Assembly (NCBI GenBank): GCA_021129775.1
Contig: JAJOKP010000094.1
Coordinates: 4,066 to 68,065 of the forward strand
Direction of reading: 5' to 3'
Length of the DNA stretch: 64,000 bases
Source: Clostridiales bacterium
GTDB taxonomy: Bacteria; Bacillota; Clostridia; Peptostreptococcales; NVVX01
The position numbers and the translations under genes were made by a program. Of this stretch, positions 1 to 8,852 are shown one piece after another. Numbering within the stretch: position 1 is the stretch's first letter; every line of letters begins with the position of its first letter. The notes under the pieces are model-generated. The model made no database searches, had not been told where the DNA came from, and worked only from the letters and a program-made list of their open reading frames with translations.

Positions 1-597
1 ACTTCGCGTAGCGTAGTCGAATGGACTCAGTATTGAGTTATAGTACGAGATCCTTGAGGATAAGGGGATAGCAGATTGCGTTAAAACAAACCTCTAAAAA
101 CAGCGTAAAAACACCTTTACCCATTGAAATAACAACGTCCGTTATCGTAGGGATAGGCGTTTTAGTGTTTACAAATGCACCAATATTGTCTGAAGCAGTT
201 AATTATTTAAAATTTCTCAAAATTGAAGATGAATACGAAGCTACTAATGAATTGATAGAAGATGAGATTTTTATCAAAGCATTCATTAAGGGTAGAGAAC
301 AAATTGATAAGTGAGAGTATGAAGCGTGGGAAGATGTCAGCGATGAGGTATAGCGTAATATTGTCAAAGATAAACTGTTCTATGCAGGAGGATAAAGGTG
401 CTTAATATTAGCGGAGACGAAATAAATGTAGTTGCAGTTGATTTGAATGCTATTGTTTAAAATGTGACGAAGCGCAGTGTTTAGTTTCAAATTATCGTAA
501 TTGGGTAACATACGTATAAGAGAAAAACTAATCTTTGAACAAAAGAGAATGGAAACATGTTTTACTAAATATTAATACTAAGAGAGAGGTGTTAAGT

Positions 598-1050
598 ATG
601 TTAGTTAAAGATATTATGACTAAGCACGTTTTTACAGTAAAGAAAGAAGAGAAAATTGAAAATGCAGTTAAAATACTTATGGATAATAATTTTAGTGGGA
701 TGCCTGTAGTAGACGATGAAAACAAAGTAGTTGGTATTATTACAGAAGGAGATTTGATATATAGAAGTAAAAAACTAAGAATCCCTGCTTTCCTTACAAT
801 TTTAGATAGTTATATTTTTTTGGAGAGTATGAAGAACTTAGAAAAACAAATTAAGAAAATGGTTGGCTACAGAGTCGAAGATGTTATGACAGTTGGCGTA
901 ATTACCGCTAAAGAGAATACTACAGTAGAAGAGATTGCAACTATAATGACCAACAAAAAAGTTAACAGAATTCCTATTGTAAAAGATGGAGTGTTAGTTG
1001 GGGTTGTTAGTAGGAGAGATATAATCAAGGCCTATGCTAGAGAAGGCTAA
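598..1050 (+). CDS. CBS-pair domain protein (start moved to ATG 598 behind GAGAGG RBS)
   Basis: Two CBS-like repeats (MTKHVFTV..GMPVVD..GIITEGDL and VMTVGVITA..RIPIVKDGVLVGVVSRRDI). ATG 598 has a proper RBS, unlike ATG 535. Confidence 0.75.
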   Translation: MLVKDIMTKHVFTVKKEEKIENAVKILMDNNFSGMPVVDDENKVVGIITEGDLIYRSKKLRIPAFLTILDSYIFLESMKNLEKQIKKMVGYRVEDVMTVGVITAKENTTVEEIATIMTNKKVNRIPIVKDGVLVGVVSRRDIIKAYAREG

Positions 1051-1171
1051 AACAACGTGCGCTTTATGTCTGCCTGCTTTAAAAGCGTAGATAAACACAT
1101 GGATTAGACTTGTAGATTCTTTTTTGGGGACCCATGAGGGTACCTCTATTATTTACAAATTAATTTTACCC

Positions 1172-1200
1172 TTGAATAAAGCAATAATCTACTATACAAT
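1172..1200 (+). promoter_or_regulatory. Sigma-A-like promoter candidate TTGAAT-17-TACAAT upstream of the mrp cluster
   Basis: Hexamers at 1172-1177 and 1195-1200 with 17-nt spacing, about 50 nt upstream of the first mrp gene. Confidence 0.4.
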
Positions 1201-1250
1201 GAGAAATGAAAGAACTAGCGGATAAAGTGATTTTGAAAGAAGGTTAACAA

Positions 1251-1760
1251 ATGAATTGCGTGCGATTTTTAATGAAGAAAAAAGTACTATCATTAATAGT
1301 GGTATTAATTCTATTTTGGGTTCTATTATCGCCTGCAATAACTATTGAGTCAGTTCTGATTGGACTCGCAGTAGTTGTTGGAGTAGTTTTTTTGAATAGA
1401 GAGTTACTAGAGGAAGGACAAGACTCTTTCAAATTATCATTAAAACAAATTAGAAACTTTACAGTTTTCATTTTACATTTAATAAAAGAGATTATTAAAG
1501 CGAATATAGATGTAGCAAAAATTGTATTAAGTCCTTCAATGCCAGTTTCGCCTGCCTTTATAAAAATGCCGATAAAGTTTAAAAGAGATACTAACAAAGT
1601 TATATATGCAAATGCGGTTACTTTAACTCCTGGGACATTGACTGTAGATGTGACCGATACGGAGTATCTCATTCATGTATTGACAACGAGCGCAGGTGAA
1701 GACTTAAAAGACGGAATTCTTGAGAAAACTGTATTAAAATTGGAGGAACAAAATGATTGA
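1251..1760 (+). CDS. mrpE: Na+/H+ antiporter subunit E (MrpE/MnhE, MbhA-like)
   Basis: MnhE hallmark ANAVTLTPGTLTVDV...YLIHVL, N-terminal TM helices, first gene of the cluster. Its stop overlaps the next start. Confidence 0.8.
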   Translation: MNCVRFLMKKKVLSLIVVLILFWVLLSPAITIESVLIGLAVVVGVVFLNRELLEEGQDSFKLSLKQIRNFTVFILHLIKEIIKANIDVAKIVLSPSMPVSPAFIKMPIKFKRDTNKVIYANAVTLTPGTLTVDVTDTEYLIHVLTTSAGEDLKDGILEKTVLKLEEQND

Positions 1761-2019
1761 AACTATATTCACGGCAGCGGCAATTGTAATAATACTATTA
1801 GCGTTTGTTTCGCTATATAGAGCATATGTTGGGCCTGCCTGCGCGGATAGGGTAATAGCAATAAATGTAATTTCCACAAAAGTAACAGTGTTAATCGTTT
1901 TAATTGCAATGGTGACGGACCAGCATATTTTTGTAGACGTAGCATTAGTGTATGCAATGATGGGCTTTATGGCAACAGTTTGTATATCTAAATATCTAGA
2001 AAAAGGGAAGTTGCTATAG
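1753..2019 (+). CDS. mrpF: Na+/H+ antiporter subunit F (MrpF/MnhF)
   Basis: 88 aa, 3 TM, motif GPACADRVIAINVIS typical of MnhF. Overlaps mrpE by 8 nt. Confidence 0.8.
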   Translation: MIETIFTAAAIVIILLAFVSLYRAYVGPACADRVIAINVISTKVTVLIVLIAMVTDQHIFVDVALVYAMMGFMATVCISKYLEKGKLL

Positions 2020-2031
2020 GGAGGAATATCA

Positions 2032-2325
2032 GTGGAATTGATGAGAGATATAATCGTTATTATTTTAACGATTAGTGGAGTTTTCTTTTTTATTGTAGGA
2101 ACAGTTGGTCTAATTCGAATGCCTGATGTTTTTAGTAGAATGCATGCAACAACTAAATGTGATACGCTAGGTGCTGGATTGATTTTACTAGCGGTAATCG
2201 CCTATAATGGGATTAACGCAGTGAGTCTGAAATTTTTAATGGTTTTGATTTTCATTTGGATTACAAATCCGACTTCAGCACATATTATTGCGAAATCGGA
2301 ATACAAGAGAAAAATTGAACAATGA
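2032..2325 (+). CDS. mrpG: Na+/H+ antiporter subunit G (MrpG/MnhG)
   Basis: Motif GLIRMPDVFSRMHATTKCDTLG matches the MnhG signature. 97 aa, 3 TM. Confidence 0.85.
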   Translation: MELMRDIIVIILTISGVFFFIVGTVGLIRMPDVFSRMHATTKCDTLGAGLILLAVIAYNGINAVSLKFLMVLIFIWITNPTSAHIIAKSEYKRKIEQ

Positions 2326-2423
2326 GTCATTAGGGTGGGTTCTTTTTGACTCGCAATTATTAATAATTGTGGAAGCAAGTCAAAAAGAACCGTCCCTAAT
2401 GACTCTAGTGAGAGGGACGAGCT
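2324..2423 (+). promoter_or_regulatory. Intra-operon 82-nt long hairpin (2324-2405) plus an alternative short helix (2391-2419) overlapping the next gene's RBS
   Basis: Left arm gagtcattaggg/tgg/gttctttttgact pairs with agtcaaaaagaac/cgt/ccctaatgactc (12+13 bp around a 3x3 internal loop). cgtccct (2391-2397) can instead pair with agggacg (2413-2419), inside the GAGGGA RBS of the ORF at 2424. Confidence 0.6.
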
Positions 2424-2660
2424 ATGCAAATTTTTAATGTTATTCTAATAATTTTTTTAATAGCGTGCGCTATTGCAGTTGAAAGAACCAAAGACTTACT
2501 TGCAGCTGTAATTATATTTGCATCGTATAGTTTTTTTATGGCGTTACTTTGGTTGTTACTCAGAGCTCCAGATATTGCTTTGACAGAAGCTGCAATTGGG
2601 GCAGGGGTCACAACGATATTATTTGTCGGAGTAATAAGCAAAACAAGGAGGATGGAGTGA
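2424..2660 (+). CDS. Small membrane subunit, DUF4040/MbhD-like (equivalent to part of the MrpA C-terminal region)
   Basis: 78 aa, 3 TM, motif RAPDIALTEAAIGAGVT typical of the MbhD/DUF4040 family. Position between G and B as in Mbh-type clusters. Confidence 0.7.
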   Translation: MQIFNVILIIFLIACAIAVERTKDLLAAVIIFASYSFFMALLWLLLRAPDIALTEAAIGAGVTTILFVGVISKTRRME

Positions 2661-2662
2661 CT

Positions 2663-2962
2663 ATGAAAAAGATATTGTTTATTACGACTTTGGCACTCTT
2701 ATGGGGTTTGATGGTGTTTAGTGTTATTCAAATGCCAACATCAGGAAATATAGATAATCCTTCTTATAACATAACAACTCATTACTATATTGATAAAACA
2801 ATAAGAGATACACATGCACCAAATATAGTTTCAGCAATCATCAATGATTATAGAGCGTTTGATACTTTGGGCGAAGCAACAGTATTGTTTATTTCTATAA
2901 TAGCTGTTTCCTCTGTAATGAAGAATACTTATGTAAAGAAGAGAGAAGAAAAGGTGGACTAG
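2663..2962 (+). CDS. Small membrane subunit, MbhE/MnhB-N-like
   Basis: ATG 2663 lies 3 nt after the previous stop. Motif NIVSAIINDYRAFDTLGEATVL is the DYRxFDTLGE signature. The track ORF 2549-2962 begins in-frame upstream but overlaps the previous gene. Confidence 0.7.
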   Translation: MKKILFITTLALLWGLMVFSVIQMPTSGNIDNPSYNITTHYYIDKTIRDTHAPNIVSAIINDYRAFDTLGEATVLFISIIAVSSVMKNTYVKKREEKVD

Positions 2963-2963
2963 C

Positions 2964-3386
2964 ATGGATGATTTAATTGTACGAAAGGTAACTAAGTGGA
3001 TAGTTCCATTTATACAGGTTTACGGCATCTTTATTGTCTTGCATGGACATATATCACCTGGAGGCGGATTTTCTGGGGGGGCAGTTTTAGGTTCGAGTAT
3101 TATATTGATTACATTGTCATTAGGACTTGAAAAAGCATCGGGGATTTTATCGCATAGAACTTCAAGCCTATTAGAGTCAGGAAGTATAATTTGGTATGTG
3201 TTAATAGGTTTTGCTGGGATAGTTACAGGGAATAATTTCTTGACAAATAGAGGTGCAGGATTTCATATGGGTGAAGTAGGCGATATAATAAGTTCTGGGA
3301 CGATTCCATTAATTACTGTTGCAATCGGTATAAAAGTTGCAAGTACTGTAATCACCCTCTTTCATATAATAATCGAGGAGGATTAG
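2964..3386 (+). CDS. mrpB: Na+/H+ antiporter subunit B (MnhB domain)
   Basis: Motif GHISPGGGFSGGAVLGS, the MnhB PGGGFxgG signature. 140 aa, 4 TM. Confidence 0.75.
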   Translation: MDDLIVRKVTKWIVPFIQVYGIFIVLHGHISPGGGFSGGAVLGSSIILITLSLGLEKASGILSHRTSSLLESGSIIWYVLIGFAGIVTGNNFLTNRGAGFHMGEVGDIISSGTIPLITVAIGIKVASTVITLFHIIIEED

Positions 3387-3387
3387 C

Positions 3388-3768
3388 ATGGAAACTCTAA
3401 GAGGAATCGTAGACAATATAAATTATATTGGAGCATTAACACTATTTGTGATTGGGCTCTATACAGTGTTAACGCACGCAAATCTACTTAAAAAAGTTAT
3501 AGGCATTAATATAATGGAAACTTCAATATTTCTGTTTTTTGTCTCCACAGGATATGTAAGACTTGCAGATTCACCTATTATTGATCCGAACAAAGCAAAT
3601 CAAATTTTTGTTAATCCGTTGCCTTCGGCGTTGATTCTCACAGGTATTGTAGTAGCGCTAAGCGTTACGGTATATTCTCTTAGTTTAATAATTAAGATTT
3701 ACGAAGAATACGGTACAATCGATTTGAACGAGATAATGGAAATGAGAGGAAATTTGTCTGATGGTTAA
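3388..3768 (+). CDS. mrpC: Na+/H+ antiporter subunit C (MrpC, NuoK-like)
   Basis: 126 aa, 3 TM, NuoK-like (GINIMETSIFLFFV). Adjacent to the D-type subunit with an 8-nt overlap. Confidence 0.8.
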   Translation: METLRGIVDNINYIGALTLFVIGLYTVLTHANLLKKVIGINIMETSIFLFFVSTGYVRLADSPIIDPNKANQIFVNPLPSALILTGIVVALSVTVYSLSLIIKIYEEYGTIDLNEIMEMRGNLSDG

Positions 3769-5239
3769 TGAACATTTCCCTATATATATGCTTGCCATTT
3801 TATTGGTCAACGCTGCAATTTTTAGCGCATTTACAAAGCTTAGTTTCCGCTTTCTGAAAAGAGTAGTAGTAGTTAATCTACTACTGATATGGATAATGGG
3901 TGTTTCTTTGTTTGTAAAAGTTGTGAGAGATGGCGCTTTCAGATATAATTTTGGTGACTGGCATCAAGCTGTTGGTGTGCAGTTTTATGTAGATGAGCTA
4001 GCAGTTTTTATGATGATGTTTATATTAACACTTAGCAATTTGATAATAATATATAGTCTTAAAGATATAGAGCATGAAATAGAATCAAAACAGTTTGCAC
4101 GATATTACACATTGGTTTTTTTAATGATATTTTCTATGCTAGGGCTGACCTTTTCAAACGATATGTTTAATATGTTTATATTTATGGAAATATTGTCGAT
4201 AGCATCATGTAGTATCATATCAATAAAGAATAGTAAGGGTAGCACGTTGGCTTCATTTAGATATTTAATTTTGAATACTCTTGGGTCGCTTTCGGTTTTG
4301 ATGGGAATAGCGCTTATTTATATGGTTACAGGACAACTCAATATGAATGAAATACATGGGGAAATATCAGTTATTTGGAAATACTATCCAACAAATATAA
4401 TGATGGCACTTGCTTTTATTATAATCGGATTTGGTACAAAAGCAGCAATTTTCCCGCTTCATATTTGGCTTCCTGATGCACACTCTGTTGCGCCGACACC
4501 GTCGAGCGCTTTGCTCTCAGGAATAGTGGTTAAGGTGTACATTTTTGCGATTATTAAATTGTTATTCAGGGTTATAGGTGTAGAGATTGTAGGTGAATTA
4601 GGGATTCCTACTGCTATTGCATACCTTGCTGCTATAGGAACAATACTTGGGTCGATATTTGCTATTGCACAAAAAGACATTAAGCGGATGTTAGCGTATT
4701 CAAGCGTTGCACAAATAGGATATATTTTTCTGGGAGTCGGTTTAGCCACAAAAGCAGGACTGGAATTTGCAATGTTTCATATAGTTTCGCATGGTCTTAT
4801 TAAGACGGCTTTGTTTTTAAGTGCTGGGGCTATAATATATCAAACAGAGAAAAGGGATATTAGAAAACTAGATGGTATTGCTTATGAAATGCCTGCTACC
4901 ATGATGGTTTTTGCAATTGCTGCATTAGGGATGATTGGAATTCCAGGAACAAGCGGTTTTATGAGTAAAATATTTTTAGGCTCCGTAGTACTACAAGAAG
5001 GCAAAGCATTCTACTTATTTATAATTATACTTAGCTCTTTCTTGAATGCTTTTTATTATATGCCAATAATAACTTCGGCATTTATGAAATCGGATAGCGA
5101 GGCAAAGGTTGTAAATGATAAAATACCTAGAAGAATGGTTGTACCGATGGTAATTGTAATATTCTTGTCAATTGCAATAGGGTTTTATCCACAATTAATA
5201 ACTGAGATAATAGAAATTGCAGTTGATTCTTTATTATAA
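3761..5239 (+). CDS. mrpD: Antiporter-like subunit, MrpD/NuoN/MbhH family (copy 1)
   Basis: 492 aa polytopic protein. Proton-conducting-membrane-transporter motifs (FPLHIWLPDAHSVAPTPSSALLSG, MLAYSSVAQIGYI, HGLIKTALFL). Confidence 0.8.
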   Translation: MVNEHFPIYMLAILLVNAAIFSAFTKLSFRFLKRVVVVNLLLIWIMGVSLFVKVVRDGAFRYNFGDWHQAVGVQFYVDELAVFMMMFILTLSNLIIIYSLKDIEHEIESKQFARYYTLVFLMIFSMLGLTFSNDMFNMFIFMEILSIASCSIISIKNSKGSTLASFRYLILNTLGSLSVLMGIALIYMVTGQLNMNEIHGEISVIWKYYPTNIMMALAFIIIGFGTKAAIFPLHIWLPDAHSVAPTPSSALLSGIVVKVYIFAIIKLLFRVIGVEIVGELGIPTAIAYLAAIGTILGSIFAIAQKDIKRMLAYSSVAQIGYIFLGVGLATKAGLEFAMFHIVSHGLIKTALFLSAGAIIYQTEKRDIRKLDGIAYEMPATMMVFAIAALGMIGIPGTSGFMSKIFLGSVVLQEGKAFYLFIIILSSFLNAFYYMPIITSAFMKSDSEAKVVNDKIPRRMVVPMVIVIFLSIAIGFYPQLITEIIEIAVDSLL

Positions 5240-5367
5240 AAAATTATTTGGCAATAACGAGTCAAAAAGAACTATTTTTCTTACGATTCGTATAAAACGA
5301 TGCACACACCACGTAAAGAGTTACTATGATTTAGAAGTTCATTTCAGGTCACTAGAAGGAGTTACTA

Positions 5368-6858
5368 ATGCACGCACAACATTTTGTAATTATTAAATTA
5401 ATTTTATTACTAGGTTTTGCAGTGATTATTCCAACCCAGAGGAAAGGAACGTACGGAAGAATAAAGCTGTTCATGGTAACAATCCTAGGGATTGTCACTA
5501 CATTGTCATTTGCTAACTACATAAATGTTCTTAAAACTGGAACATTTTATTATGATTTTGGGAATTGGCAAAACTTCATTGGAGTGCAATTTAGAATTGA
5601 CGAATTTTCAAGTGTATTCGCAATTTACATATCAGTATTAGCAACATTGATACTAATATATAGTTTTAAAGATATTGAAAACCTAGTTTCTAATAAACAA
5701 TGTACCAACTATTACACAATTTTACTGGTAATGCTATTTTCAGTATTTGGGTTGGTGTATGCGAATGATTTATTCAATATGTTTGTGTTTATGGAAATAC
5801 TGTCAATAACATCATGCGCGATTGTGTCTATTGTGCGAAGAAAAAAGTCTTATCTTGCTTCTTTCAAATACTTAATGATTAACACAATTGGTTCGCTTTC
5901 AATATTAAAAGGGATTGCATACATATATATGGTGTCGGGGCATTTGAATATCAGTAAAATCAACGAATCAATGGGAATGTTATGGGAAAGCAATCAGTCG
6001 AATATAATGGTTGCAATTGCATTTATGATGTTAGGGTTTGCTATAAAAGTTGCGGCATTTCCGATGCATATATGGTTACCCGACGTGTACGAATCTGCGC
6101 CAGCTTCTTCGGCGGCTTTCTTATCTGCTTTAGCCAATAAAGTATATGTTGTTACGATTATTAAAATTATATACAATGTAATAGGTAGAGAAATACTTTA
6201 TGAATTAGGGTTAATGGATATGGTGTTATTTTTTGCAGCTGCTGGAATTATAATGGGCTCTTTGTTTGCGATTGCACAGAAAAATATTAAGAGGATGCTT
6301 GCCTATTCAAGTGTTGCGCAGGTAGGATATATTATCTTAGCCTTAGCGTTGAATACACCGCTAGGGAACAAAGCGGCATTATTTCATATGATTTCACATG
6401 GACTACTTAAAACAGCATTGTTTATGAGCGTAGGAGCGATTTTCTATCAATGCAATAGAGAAAAAACAAAACAGCTTGACGGTCTTGCCCGTAGATCCCC
6501 TATAGAGTTAGCAGTATTTGCTATTGCCGCATTAGGGATAGTTGGAATTCCAGGGACTAGCGGGTTCATTGGGAAATTATATTTAGGTATTGCAATTTTG
6601 CAAGTAGAGAAACCGCTGCTTTTATTAGTTGTTATTGTAAGTAGTTTTTTTAGTGCATTCTATTTTTTGCCTATAATAATTTCAGCGTTTGTCAGAGACG
6701 AAGCTAAATCAGCGGAGGAGAAAGAGATGAAAAAGCTTCCTAAAACACTTGTGTATCCAATGGTGATAATAATTATTTTTAGCCTAATTATTGGCTTTTA
6801 CCCTCAGCTAGTGACCGTATTGGCGGAAAGAGCAGTAAATGCGTTTGTGCTAAATTAG
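5368..6858 (+). CDS. mrpD: Antiporter-like subunit, MrpD/NuoN family (copy 2, paralog of 3761-5239)
   Basis: 496 aa, collinear with copy 1 (FPMHIWLPDVYESAPASSAAFLSA, MLAYSSVAQVGYI, HGLLKTALFM). Confidence 0.8.
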   Translation: MHAQHFVIIKLILLLGFAVIIPTQRKGTYGRIKLFMVTILGIVTTLSFANYINVLKTGTFYYDFGNWQNFIGVQFRIDEFSSVFAIYISVLATLILIYSFKDIENLVSNKQCTNYYTILLVMLFSVFGLVYANDLFNMFVFMEILSITSCAIVSIVRRKKSYLASFKYLMINTIGSLSILKGIAYIYMVSGHLNISKINESMGMLWESNQSNIMVAIAFMMLGFAIKVAAFPMHIWLPDVYESAPASSAAFLSALANKVYVVTIIKIIYNVIGREILYELGLMDMVLFFAAAGIIMGSLFAIAQKNIKRMLAYSSVAQVGYIILALALNTPLGNKAALFHMISHGLLKTALFMSVGAIFYQCNREKTKQLDGLARRSPIELAVFAIAALGIVGIPGTSGFIGKLYLGIAILQVEKPLLLLVVIVSSFFSAFYFLPIIISAFVRDEAKSAEEKEMKKLPKTLVYPMVIIIIFSLIIGFYPQLVTVLAERAVNAFVLN

Positions 6859-6938
6859 GCTAAAGGGTAAGTCGCAAATATTTGCAGACGCGATTATTTA
6901 CGCTTTGAGAGATAAGACTAAAAATTGGAGGTTTTACA

Positions 6939-8795
6939 ATGGGGACTCCGCATTCTGTTATTTTATTATGGGTACCAGCATTATTTATAGCATTTGGACT
7001 TTTTGAAATTCTTATTATTCCATTTTTAGATGATAATCATAGGATTGTGCGTAGGATTTCAGTTAGTGTGTTTATATTCTTCTCCACTTTGTTAATTATG
7101 CTAACATATAAAGAGGTATTAAACGCACCTATCGTATATAGAATTAGCTATATATTTGGTAAGGGCATTTATTTCAAAATTGACTTATTAAACTATACGT
7201 TGATGGTGTTTAGTGGCTTTATGTGGTTTGTTGTCGGCATATTTAGTTTTAAAGATATTAAAAAGAGAGAAAGAGAAAGAACGTTTTATTTTTTCTATAT
7301 TTTAACTTATATTTCCACAATAGGAACAATGATGGCGGGTGATCTTCTAAGCTTTTTCTTATTCTTTGAAATTATGACATTCAGCTCCTATGCCTTGATG
7401 GTGCATTATAGAGGAGAGAAAGTACTAGAAGCAGGCAAAGAATATTTATATATGGGAATTATAGGTGGGTTATTTATTCTAAGTGGAATACTAATTACAT
7501 CTGCTTATACACAGAACTATGAATGGGCAGATTTGGCAGAAAAACTAGCCACTCCAGGCATGGCGAAGTATTTGGTCGCAGGTCTATTTATTGCTGGATT
7601 TGGAATAAAAGCTGGAATGGTTCCCTTTCACTTCTGGGTTCCAAAAGTATATAAAGAGGCTCCAATATGTGTGAATGCAGTTTCCTCGGGAGTAATGACC
7701 AAAGTAGGCGCATATGGTATTTTAAGAGTTGCGACAGTAGTTTTTCCAATTGCATTTTCAGGTATAGGGGCATCTAGCAAAGTGCTGCTAGAAACAACTG
7801 CAAATATTGGTGGAGCAATTATCTGGCTAGGAATAATATCGATGTTAGTAGGAGTGTTTCTGGCCTTAATCGAAGGAGACATGAAAAAAATGCTAGCCTA
7901 CCATAGTGTAAGTCAGATGGGTTACATCATTATGGGTATTGGAGTAGCTGCTTATCTAGGGAGTGCAGGTGCTAGGGGATTTGTTGGAAGTGTCTATCAC
8001 ATGATAAACCATGGTATTTTTAAAGCTTTGTTATTTATGGTAGCAGGGATAGTCTTCTTCTCAACGGAGGAAATGAGCATGTACAAATTGGGAGGGTTAT
8101 GGAGGAAAAAACCTTTTGTAGCTTTTTTAGCTCTTATTGCGGTTTTTGGTATTACAGGAGTGCCAGGATTTAACGGATTCATTAGTAAATCTATATTGCA
8201 TGGTGCAATTGTAGATGCTTACCAATATGGAAACCCTGTATTTAGGTACGCAGAGTTAGCTTTTAAATTAGCAAGCGCAGGAACAGTTTGTTCATTTATT
8301 AAATTCTACGGATTTATTTTTCTTGGAAAAGGTGATATTGAAGTTAAAGAAGGGTTTAGACAACTAAGGATGATGGTGCCAATGAGCATTTTAGCCGCTG
8401 TGACTGTAATTATTGGGCTATGGCCAAATTGGATCTTAGATAATCTTCTTATACCTGCCTCAACATCATTTTATTATAACCCTAGTTTCGTGCAACAGTA
8501 CATTTCAAACATAGACTTTTGGAAATCAAAAGAAATTGTCAGTGCGATAATAACCTATGCTGCTGGATTTGGTATTTTCGTACTAGGAATAAAGTATCAC
8601 CTATTTCACATGCATTTGCCAAAGTGGATAAGTGCTGAAAGAGTAATTTATCACTCAGTGACAGACTTATGTGAGGAATTACCAAATTTTTGTGTGAAGA
8701 GATATGAAAAACCTTTGGTATTCGGGGATGTCATAATTTATGCAATATTGCTAACTAGTATATTAGCATACTTCGTTTTTTCTCAACTATGGTAG
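6939..8795 (+). CDS. Antiporter-like subunit, MrpA N-terminal/NuoL-like (third large subunit)
   Basis: 618 aa. Motifs FHFWVPKVYKEAPICVNAVSSG, MLAYHSVSQMGYI, HGIFKALLFM. Has a longer C-terminal extension than the D copies. Confidence 0.75.
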   Translation: MGTPHSVILLWVPALFIAFGLFEILIIPFLDDNHRIVRRISVSVFIFFSTLLIMLTYKEVLNAPIVYRISYIFGKGIYFKIDLLNYTLMVFSGFMWFVVGIFSFKDIKKRERERTFYFFYILTYISTIGTMMAGDLLSFFLFFEIMTFSSYALMVHYRGEKVLEAGKEYLYMGIIGGLFILSGILITSAYTQNYEWADLAEKLATPGMAKYLVAGLFIAGFGIKAGMVPFHFWVPKVYKEAPICVNAVSSGVMTKVGAYGILRVATVVFPIAFSGIGASSKVLLETTANIGGAIIWLGIISMLVGVFLALIEGDMKKMLAYHSVSQMGYIIMGIGVAAYLGSAGARGFVGSVYHMINHGIFKALLFMVAGIVFFSTEEMSMYKLGGLWRKKPFVAFLALIAVFGITGVPGFNGFISKSILHGAIVDAYQYGNPVFRYAELAFKLASAGTVCSFIKFYGFIFLGKGDIEVKEGFRQLRMMVPMSILAAVTVIIGLWPNWILDNLLIPASTSFYYNPSFVQQYISNIDFWKSKEIVSAIITYAAGFGIFVLGIKYHLFHMHLPKWISAERVIYHSVTDLCEELPNFCVKRYEKPLVFGDVIIYAILLTSILAYFVFSQLW

Positions 8796-8852
8796 TTTAA
8801 ATAGGTTAAGTAAAAATATGTCTGAATTAAGGGGCATTCTTATTTATCGAGT

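Noticed and set aside
1-530. Possible decayed antitoxin (Phd/YefM-like C-terminus ...EATNELIEDEIFIKAFIKGREQIDK-stop-EYEAWEDVSDEV) at the window edge
   Set aside because: The frame has no usable start, contains internal stops, and only the acidic C-terminal tail resembles antitoxins. No toxin ORF follows. This is too weak to call a feature, and the region may simply be noncoding.
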